Positions 57,124 through 64,000 of a stretch of 64,000 bases of DNA are shown in pieces. The notes under the pieces were generated by a model that made no database searches, was not told where the DNA came from, and saw only the letters and a list, made by a program, of their open reading frames with translations. Numbering within the stretch: the stretch's first letter is position 1; the number at the start of each line of letters is the position of its first letter. Location: the NCBI GenBank assembly GCA_038120295.1, contig JAYOLL010000008.1, positions 40,810-104,809 on the forward strand, in the 5' to 3' direction. The position numbers and the translations under genes are program-made. Source of the stretch: Rhodospirillales bacterium (GTDB taxonomy: Bacteria; Pseudomonadota; Alphaproteobacteria; MPNO01; UBA2964).

Positions 57124-58147
57124 CGGAACCAACCTTCTTTTCGGACATTCGCTTAAGCCAGGCTGTCTGACGCAGCCACTGCCGTGCCGGAACGGCCGGA
57201 GATCCGGCAAATCGCTGCCCCGGCGGAATATCGTTCATAACGCCCGACTGCGCGCCGAGCTGGACTCCCTTCCCTATCGTTACATGACCGACGATGCCCA
57301 CCTGTCCGCCGGTCACCACGTGCTCTTCGAGCGTCGTACTGCCCGAAATTCCTGTCTGCGCGACCACGATACACCCATTGCCGAGTCGGACATTGTGACC
57401 GATCTGCACCAGGTTATCGATCCGGCACCCGTCGCCGATGATTGTGTCAGGCCCTGCTCCCCGGTCGATCGTCGAATTCGCTCCGATTTCAACGCTGTCG
57501 CCGATAACGACCCGGCCAAGTTGCGGAACAGTGACAAACCCGTCCCGGGAAGGTGCGAACCCGAACCCGGCTTCGCCAATTCTTACCCCCGCATACAGGC
57601 GAACACCATTGCCCATAAGACAATATGTGACAGAGCAAAGCGGGCCGATGTGGCAGTTCTCTCCGACGACAGTGCCCGCGCCAATGACGGAGTTGGCGCC
57701 GATACGGGTTCCCCGCCCGATCTCTGCGCGAGGGCCGATCACTACACCGGGCGCAAGAGAACAACCTTCTCCAATGACGGCCGTTGGGTCAACGGCATGG
57801 GTCCCGCCAAAACCGGCCGGAACTGGTTCATCCGGATAAAAGGCCCGCGCGATTTTCGCAAAGCACAGGTAGGGCTCACGCGATTCAAGCAGCGAAATGC
57901 CAGCCGGAGCGTCCCCCGCCCTGTCAGGGTGTACCACCGCACCGCCGGCGGTACTGGACCTGAACTGCTCCACATACCGTGCGTTGTCGAGGAAGCTGAA
58001 ATCGTCGGCCCCGGCCTCCGATAGCGGCGCCACGTCGGAGAACATTCTGTCCGGCCTAGTGAGATCATCGATCGAAACGCCCGCGACGCTCGCCAACTCC
58101 GACAGGGAGAATGGCCCCTGGGCGCGGAAAAACCTCGGATCGGCCAT
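57116..58147 (-). CDS. lpxD: UDP-3-O-(3-hydroxyacyl)glucosamine N-acyltransferase
   Basis: 343 aa; hexapeptide repeats, catalytic His region. Confidence 0.95.
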   Translation of the reverse strand: MADPRFFRAQGPFSLSELASVAGVSIDDLTRPDRMFSDVAPLSEAGADDFSFLDNARYVEQFRSSTAGGAVVHPDRAGDAPAGISLLESREPYLCFAKIARAFYPDEPVPAGFGGTHAVDPTAVIGEGCSLAPGVVIGPRAEIGRGTRIGANSVIGAGTVVGENCHIGPLCSVTYCLMGNGVRLYAGVRIGEAGFGFAPSRDGFVTVPQLGRVVIGDSVEIGANSTIDRGAGPDTIIGDGCRIDNLVQIGHNVRLGNGCIVVAQTGISGSTTLEEHVVTGGQVGIVGHVTIGKGVQLGAQSGVMNDIPPGQRFAGSPAVPARQWLRQTAWLKRMSEKKVGSDG

Positions 58148-58155
58148 TCCGACCC

Positions 58156-58758
58156 CTATTTCTTGCCGGGCTGAGGCGCGGGATTCTGCTGCGGGAGCGC
58201 AACCTTTACGGACGGCATGCGCTTGTTCAGCCGTTCCAGCACCCGATCGGTGAGGTCGAATTTGGGCCTGGCAAACGCAACCGCGACATTTGTCAATATC
58301 AGGTCCAGCTTCATTTCCTGCGCCAGTTCTCGAACAATCTCATACGCCTTAAGTTGAATTTTCGCAACGCCATCGGACATCGCCCGGTCGAGTATCCGAT
58401 TTACGCCCTGCATGTCGCGCTGAACTGTCTGGACGCGCTGCCGAAACTCCCTTTGCCTCTGGGCGAAAGCCTCCGGCGACAGGATCGCGCGTTCCTGTTC
58501 GATGTTGCGCTTCGTCGTTCTGAGTTCGCCTTCCGCTGCGCGAAACCTGTCCTCGAACTGTTTCCTCAGGGTCTGCATCTGCGGACGAATTCCCTGATAC
58601 GCGGTTGATTGACGAAGAATTCGCTCCGCATCGATTACGCCCACACTCTGAACCGAATGCGGGTGAGTTCCCTGCGCGAGCGCAGATGACATATCGCCCA
58701 GAACCACGCCTGCAAAAACGCCGAGAACATAACCCAGTACCGGAAACCGCATAAACAA
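58156..58758 (-). CDS. skp: OmpH/Skp periplasmic chaperone
   Basis: 200 aa; signal peptide then coiled-coil-rich basic protein; between bamA and lpxD. Confidence 0.85.
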   Translation of the reverse strand: MFMRFPVLGYVLGVFAGVVLGDMSSALAQGTHPHSVQSVGVIDAERILRQSTAYQGIRPQMQTLRKQFEDRFRAAEGELRTTKRNIEQERAILSPEAFAQRQREFRQRVQTVQRDMQGVNRILDRAMSDGVAKIQLKAYEIVRELAQEMKLDLILTNVAVAFARPKFDLTDRVLERLNKRMPSVKVALPQQNPAPQPGKK

Positions 58759-58761
58759 CTC

Positions 58762-61044
58762 CTAAAACCTTGCGCCAAAATCGAACCGGATCAACTCCGT
58801 CTCGTCGAAATCCTCTTTCAGGATCGGAGACGCGAGGTCGATCGAAATCGGTCCGAATGGAGAAACCCATGTCAGCCCCACTCCGACAGACGCGCGTAAT
58901 GACTTGGTATCCACAATATTGCCCAGTGTGGCGTCGGTTTTGCCAAGACTGCCAAGGTCGGTAAAGGCTCGCCCCTTGATTCCGAATTCGTTCGGCAGCC
59001 CCAGCGGAAAGCTGACCTGAGCGACGCCGCTGTAAAACCAGTTTCCGCCGACCGAATCGTCGCTGACAAGATCGCGCGGTCCAACGCCGGCGTTTGCAAA
59101 ACCTCTCAGGGAAGCGCCGCCCAGGAAAAATGCATCCGTAACCCGGACATCGTCGTCCAGACCGACGATATAGCCCACCCGGCCGCCGAGGCTCCCGACG
59201 ACCTTGTCGTTAAACGGGTAATAGGTTGTCGCTGTCAGCCTGTTTCGCAGATATTTGACGCTGCCACCGAGACCGGCGAAGTGCGTCGAGTACTGTGTCA
59301 CATACCCGTCCGTCGGCGAAATCCTGTTGTCTCGCCGGTCATAGGTAAGCGTCTGTCCGATTTCCGATTTTACAGCCGACCCTTCCTGCGTTCCTATGGC
59401 CAGAGATGCGTTGGCCTTGACGTTTTCGATGGTCTCCTCGCTGACGCGATAGCTCCACCGCTGAGACAGGAATTCGGAGAAATCGTATCCGACGCGAAGC
59501 CCTGTTCCGACTGACTCCCGTTCGAACGAACTCTCGTCCGACAGGTCTCGCGTTACTCTGAAGAGATCGAAGCCCGCCGAAAGCTTGCGATCAAGAAAAT
59601 ACGGTTCTGTAAACTGAAGGTCGATCTCACTAGATTCGGCGCTCAATTGAAGTTTCAGGAAAAGGTCCTGACCTTTTCCCAGGAGATTCCTCTCACGTAT
59701 ACCGATATCGCCCAAGGGACCGACGGACGATGAGAAACCCGCGCCGAATGAAATCTCGCCGGTCGATCGCTCCTCAATGGCGACCTTGACGACAGTCTTG
59801 TCCGGTGCCGACCCGGGAACATTCGTCACGGCCACTTTCTCGAAGAATCCGAGATTTCGAATCTGCCGCCTGGCTCTCTGAATTTTGGACGCATTGAAAG
59901 CGTCGCCCTCAACCAGGGGAACTTCGCGACGGATTACCGGGTCGATTGTTCGTACATTGCCGGTTATATCGATCCGCTCGACATATACTCTTGGACCTTC
60001 CTGAATCCGGAAATTCACGTCGATTGTCTTCTTCTCCCGGTCCCGATTAACCTGCGGTCGGATATCGACAAATGCGTATCCGAGGGTTCCAACAACGTCT
60101 GTCAGCTTGGCGATGACATCCTCAACCCTGTCCGCGTTGTACCAGTCGCCCTCCTGGATAGAGATCTCTCCGCGCATCCTTTCAGGCGTAAGGTCGCGTA
60201 ACGCAGCGGAAACATCTATTTTTCCGAACCTGTATCTCTGACCTTCTTCAAGGGTGAAGGTTACGAAAAACCCTTCCCTGTCGGGCGCCAGTTCGGCAAT
60301 GGCCGAGAGTACGCGAAAGTCGGCATACCCCTTCGTGAGGTAATAGCGCCGCAAAAGTTCACGGTCGAAAGTCAGCCTGTCCGGATCGTAGGAATCGTCG
60401 GACGACAGAAAGCGATACCACGCGCTTTCCTTGGTTCTGACGACGCTTCTCAAATCGCTGTCCGAAAATACGTCGTTTCCGATAAAGGTAATGCGGCGAA
60501 TTTCGGTGAGCGGTCCCTCCTTGATCTCGAAGACAAGATCGACCCGGTTCTGAGGCAACTGAATGACCTTGGGTTCGACCTTGGCTGCGAACCGGCCGCT
60601 CCGCCGGTAAATGTCGATAAGACGCTGAACGTCGCTCTGAACCAGAGCGCGGGTATATACCCGCCGCGGCTTAAGACGGACCTCGTCCAACAGAATCTTG
60701 TCTTCGACGCGCTTGTTACCCTCGAAAGCAATCCTGTTGATGATCGGGTTTTCTACCACCCGTATGACGACTGCGCGCCCTTCCCGCCGAACGATGACAT
60801 CCTCGAACAGACCTGTCGCGAAAAGTTTCTTCAGGGCATCGTCCATCTTCTCGGCGGTGATGATCTCGCCTTCGCGGATCGCGACATAAGACCGAATTGT
60901 TTCCGGTTCGATCCGCTGAGCGCCTTCCACGCGGATCTCTCGTGCCCCGGACGAGTTTCCCTGGGCGCGCAGATCCCCGACCGCCGCCGCCATAACGACC
61001 AGAGCGCCAAGAACAACTCCTGCTATAAGGCGCGCAATTCCCAC
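58762..61044 (-). CDS. bamA: Outer membrane protein assembly factor BamA
   Basis: 760 aa; five POTRA domains + C-terminal 16-strand barrel ending ...RFDFGARF. Confidence 0.95.
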   Translation of the reverse strand: MGIARLIAGVVLGALVVMAAAVGDLRAQGNSSGAREIRVEGAQRIEPETIRSYVAIREGEIITAEKMDDALKKLFATGLFEDVIVRREGRAVVIRVVENPIINRIAFEGNKRVEDKILLDEVRLKPRRVYTRALVQSDVQRLIDIYRRSGRFAAKVEPKVIQLPQNRVDLVFEIKEGPLTEIRRITFIGNDVFSDSDLRSVVRTKESAWYRFLSSDDSYDPDRLTFDRELLRRYYLTKGYADFRVLSAIAELAPDREGFFVTFTLEEGQRYRFGKIDVSAALRDLTPERMRGEISIQEGDWYNADRVEDVIAKLTDVVGTLGYAFVDIRPQVNRDREKKTIDVNFRIQEGPRVYVERIDITGNVRTIDPVIRREVPLVEGDAFNASKIQRARRQIRNLGFFEKVAVTNVPGSAPDKTVVKVAIEERSTGEISFGAGFSSSVGPLGDIGIRERNLLGKGQDLFLKLQLSAESSEIDLQFTEPYFLDRKLSAGFDLFRVTRDLSDESSFERESVGTGLRVGYDFSEFLSQRWSYRVSEETIENVKANASLAIGTQEGSAVKSEIGQTLTYDRRDNRISPTDGYVTQYSTHFAGLGGSVKYLRNRLTATTYYPFNDKVVGSLGGRVGYIVGLDDDVRVTDAFFLGGASLRGFANAGVGPRDLVSDDSVGGNWFYSGVAQVSFPLGLPNEFGIKGRAFTDLGSLGKTDATLGNIVDTKSLRASVGVGLTWVSPFGPISIDLASPILKEDFDETELIRFDFGARF

Positions 61045-61056
61045 GAACGAATTTCC

Positions 61057-62199
61057 TCAGGTTACAAGTTTGACAAAATATTCAACGACGCGGAGTTGCA
61101 CCAGATCATTCCACGTCACAAAGACCGTCAGCCCCAGAATAAATGCAAGTCCGATGTTCATCGTGTAGCCCATGGCTCGTTCGCCCAGCGCACGCCCGCG
61201 AACCGCTTCGATACCGTAGAACACCAGATGACCGCCATCCAGCAGCGGAATGGGCAACAGGTTTATAAGCCCAAGATTAATCGAAAGGATCGCTGCAAAC
61301 TGGATCAGCGTCACGATACCCGCCTGGGCCATGTCACCGGAAATCTGCGCAATCCGGATCGGCCCCCCCAGCTCCTTGGCTGTCCTGTTGCCGGAAATCA
61401 TCTGACCGAGTGCGTCGAGAATATTTCCGGTAAGGACCGCTGTGTGGATACCCGCCTTCCAGATGGCGGTCAACGGGTCGTGTCGAACGAACAGCATGTC
61501 ACCCGACGAGCGACTGATTCCGAGACGACCGATAACCTGAGTGGCTCCGAATCTCGTTTCCTCGAAAGGCGTGGGAACCGCCGTGACAGTGACCTTTTCT
61601 CCTTTGCGCAGGACAGTAATCTCCAGCGGTTTTCCGGGAGAAAGCTGAACGATACGGACGATCTGCTCAAAACGTTCGATCTCGGTGGAATCGATCGTGA
61701 GAAAGACATCGCCCGGTTTCAGCCCGGCCTTGTCCGCCGCGCTCCCCTCGACCACCTGACCTACATCGGCAGGCGTATAGGGCTGACCGAGAATGCTGAA
61801 AAGTCCGGCCATAACAACGATTGCGAACACAAAATTTGCGAGGGGGCCGGCGAAAACCACCCAGGCACGTTGCCGGAGCTTCTTGTTGAAAAACGAAACA
61901 TCCAGATCCTGCTGAGAATGGGAGACGCTGTTATCTTCTGCGTCCGGCGCGCTTTCGCCGAACATCTTCACATACCCGCCGAACGGTATAAGGCTGAATT
62001 TCCAGCGTGTTCCGACCCGATCGGTGAAACCGAACAGTTCGGGACCGAACCCGACCGAAAACAGTTCAACCCTAACACAGCACTGGCGAGCGGCAAGATA
62101 GTGTCCCAGCTCGTGAACGAAGACCAGGACGGTCAGAACGAGCAGGAACGGGAGCACGTAAGTCCAGACGCCGCCGAAAAATCCGGTCAGCAATTCCAT
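61057..62199 (-). CDS. rseP: RIP metalloprotease RseP (site-2 protease)
   Basis: 380 aa; HELGH zinc motif in TM1, PDZ domain, LDG motif. Confidence 0.93.
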   Translation of the reverse strand: MELLTGFFGGVWTYVLPFLLVLTVLVFVHELGHYLAARQCCVRVELFSVGFGPELFGFTDRVGTRWKFSLIPFGGYVKMFGESAPDAEDNSVSHSQQDLDVSFFNKKLRQRAWVVFAGPLANFVFAIVVMAGLFSILGQPYTPADVGQVVEGSAADKAGLKPGDVFLTIDSTEIERFEQIVRIVQLSPGKPLEITVLRKGEKVTVTAVPTPFEETRFGATQVIGRLGISRSSGDMLFVRHDPLTAIWKAGIHTAVLTGNILDALGQMISGNRTAKELGGPIRIAQISGDMAQAGIVTLIQFAAILSINLGLINLLPIPLLDGGHLVFYGIEAVRGRALGERAMGYTMNIGLAFILGLTVFVTWNDLVQLRVVEYFVKLVT

Positions 62200-62240
62200 C
62201 AGCCAGCGCCTTTCGAATCAGGAGGTTTCCAGCACATCTC

Positions 62241-63431
62241 TCAGGCGCTTACCCTGCAGGCGGCGGTAAGTTCGGCCGCTGCGATCCGGGCTTCCCGGTC
62301 CACGTTGATAACATCTTCCAGACTGTGCAGGTGCGACCTTACCAGCTTGCCCAGGGTCTCTTCCACGGTTCTGGCTATGTCGAGAAAACCGATTTTGCCC
62401 CCGAGAAAATCTGCGACCGCAACTTCATTGGCGGCATTCAGAACCGCCGGCCCGGCACCGCCTGCATCAAGGGCTTCGCGGGCGAGACGAATGGACGGAA
62501 AACGCACGGTATCGGGTTTCTCAAAATCAAGCCGCGCAATCTCCGCCAGATCAAGCCGCGGACTGGGAGATGCCATCCGGCCTGGCCATCCCAGGGCATA
62601 GGAGATGGGGGTCCTCATGTCGGGCGAGCCAAGCTGCGCAAGCACGGATCCATCGATGTAGGCAACCAGACTATGGATGATCGATTGGCGGTGCACCGTA
62701 ATGTCGATCTTCTCACCCGGCAGACCGAAGAGGTAGCAGGCTTCGATCAGTTCCAGCCCCTTGTTCATCATGGTCGCCGAATCCACCGAAATCTTGGCAC
62801 CCATATCCCAGTTGGGGTGAGCCACAGCCTGAGCCGGCGTGACCTGCGCCATCTGTTCCAGTGAATACTCCCGGAACGGGCCTCCCGATGCCGTCAGGAT
62901 GATTTTTTCGACGGCGCTCTTCTGTTTAAAATCGAACACCTGAAAAATAGCATTATGTTCGGAATCCACCGGCAGCAACGTAGCGCCGGATTTTGTCACG
63001 GAATCCATGACGAGGTCGCCTGCGCAAACAAGACATTCCTTGTTTGCGAGCGCGACCACGACGCCGCGTTGAATCGCGGAAAGAGTAGGACGCAACCCGG
63101 CCGCCCCGACGATCGCCGCCATAACCCAGTCGGCCGGTCTAAGCGCTGCTTCTACCAGCGCGTCTTCGCCGGCAGCCGCCTCGACCGACGTACCAGAAAG
63201 GGCCTCTTTCAGTTCTCCATATCGAGTCTCGTCGGCGACAACCGCGCAGGAGGCATCGAATTCGACTGCCTGCCGGGCCAGAAGCTCGACGTTGGTATTG
63301 GCGGTCAGCGCCTCGACCCGATAGTCGGAACGATTGCGCGCTATAAGGTCAAGCGTGTTGCAGCCAATGGAGCCCGTAGACCCGAGAATGGTCACGCTTC
63401 TGGGCGCCGCGGCCCCGCCATTTACAGCCAT
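62241..63431 (-). CDS. dxr: 1-deoxy-D-xylulose 5-phosphate reductoisomerase
   Basis: 396 aa; GSTGSIG NADPH motif, ANKE, DSEH. Confidence 0.95.
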   Translation of the reverse strand: MAVNGGAAAPRSVTILGSTGSIGCNTLDLIARNRSDYRVEALTANTNVELLARQAVEFDASCAVVADETRYGELKEALSGTSVEAAAGEDALVEAALRPADWVMAAIVGAAGLRPTLSAIQRGVVVALANKECLVCAGDLVMDSVTKSGATLLPVDSEHNAIFQVFDFKQKSAVEKIILTASGGPFREYSLEQMAQVTPAQAVAHPNWDMGAKISVDSATMMNKGLELIEACYLFGLPGEKIDITVHRQSIIHSLVAYIDGSVLAQLGSPDMRTPISYALGWPGRMASPSPRLDLAEIARLDFEKPDTVRFPSIRLAREALDAGGAGPAVLNAANEVAVADFLGGKIGFLDIARTVEETLGKLVRSHLHSLEDVINVDREARIAAAELTAACRVSA

Positions 63432-64000
63432 AAAATCTCTCCCGGCCCGCCGATCGCGATGGCCAGCGCTACAAACGGCGCAGCCCCTATAAATCCGTCC
63501 ATGCGATCGAGTACGCCGCCATGTCCGGGGATAAGACTACCGGAATCCTTGGCGCCGAAATACCGTTTCAATACAGAAACGCCGAGATCGCCCACCTGGG
63601 CGAGAACCGCGGTTCCCATTCCGGCCAGAACGGCCGCAAGAACAACGCCGGCCCCCGACAGGGTCGTCCACAACGCCCCCCAGAGGGCCGCAGCGAAAAC
63701 GCCGCCTGCCAGCCCGGCCCAGGTCTTGTTCGGACTAATTCTGGGCGCAAGCCTGACACCCCCGATAGACCGGCCCGTAAAATAGGCGAAGATATCCGTG
63801 AGCCAGATCGTCAAAAAGAGCCAGATCACGAGGTTCAGCCCGACCGGATCCAGCGCCCGCAACCAGACCATGCTCATGGCGAAACCGCCGACCGCAAAGA
63901 CCCCTGCCGCACACGATACGGCAACGCTCCTGCCTTCCTTGAAGAAGATTGCCGTCAGCCCCACTAAGGTGGCCATAACTGCGATAGCGCCGAATCCCGC
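63422..64000 (-). CDS. cdsA: Phosphatidate cytidylyltransferase (3' part; gene continues beyond window end)
   Basis: C-terminal CdsA signature ...SxxKRxxxxKDxxxxxPGHGGxxDRxD; the ORF track lists 63422-63976 only because that is the first in-frame ATG before the window edge. Confidence 0.85.
   Translation of the reverse strand, partial: AGFGAIAVMATLVGLTAIFFKEGRSVAVSCAAGVFAVGGFAMSMVWLRALDPVGLNLVIWLFLTIWLTDIFAYFTGRSIGGVRLAPRISPNKTWAGLAGGVFAAALWGALWTTLSGAGVVLAAVLAGMGTAVLAQVGDLGVSVLKRYFGAKDSGSLIPGHGGVLDRMDGFIGAAPFVALAIAIGGPGEILWL

Overview
This window is high-GC (about 62-64%) chromosomal core sequence with gene order typical of an alphaproteobacterium, probably Rhodospirillales-like. It is almost entirely housekeeping genes; I see no integrase, transposase, CRISPR array or prophage block. 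Identifiable content in order: two tandem MFS transporter paralogs, a Gate-domain membrane protein and a formaldehyde dehydrogenase (frmA); two unknown proteins with a lower-GC start; then the conserved alphaproteobacterial block (inositol monophosphatase, hflX, hfq, HAD hydrolase, D-amino-acid aminotransferase, trkA, ntrX, ntrY, ntrC, ntrB, dusB); ispDF-pgpA-cinA; a RatA/Coq10-like SRPBCC protein next to lipA; lpd and pdhC-pdhB-pdhA; ftsB-like, eno, kdsA, pyrG, secG, tpiA; ppiD-trpE; a GNAT / YibQ-like / copA block; trpGDC-moaC-moeA; lexA with its SOS box; comEC; gltX, gltA; and the lpxB-lpxI-lpxA-fabZ-lpxD-skp-bamA-rseP-dxr-cdsA envelope cluster. Things that depart from the ordinary: comEC appears split by a frameshift; the YibQ-like deacetylase gene is interrupted by an in-frame TAA; copA/YibQ/GNAT sit between trpE and trpGDC with an unusually structured copA leader; a roughly 110-bp nested GC-rich palindromic element lies between lpd and lipA; a 3 x 14-bp tandem repeat sits in the tpiA/ppiD divergent promoter; and the lipoyl-domain coding regions of pdhC and pdhB form an internal DNA repeat. 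I found no convincing novel multi-gene system; the candidates worth follow-up are modest and listed below.
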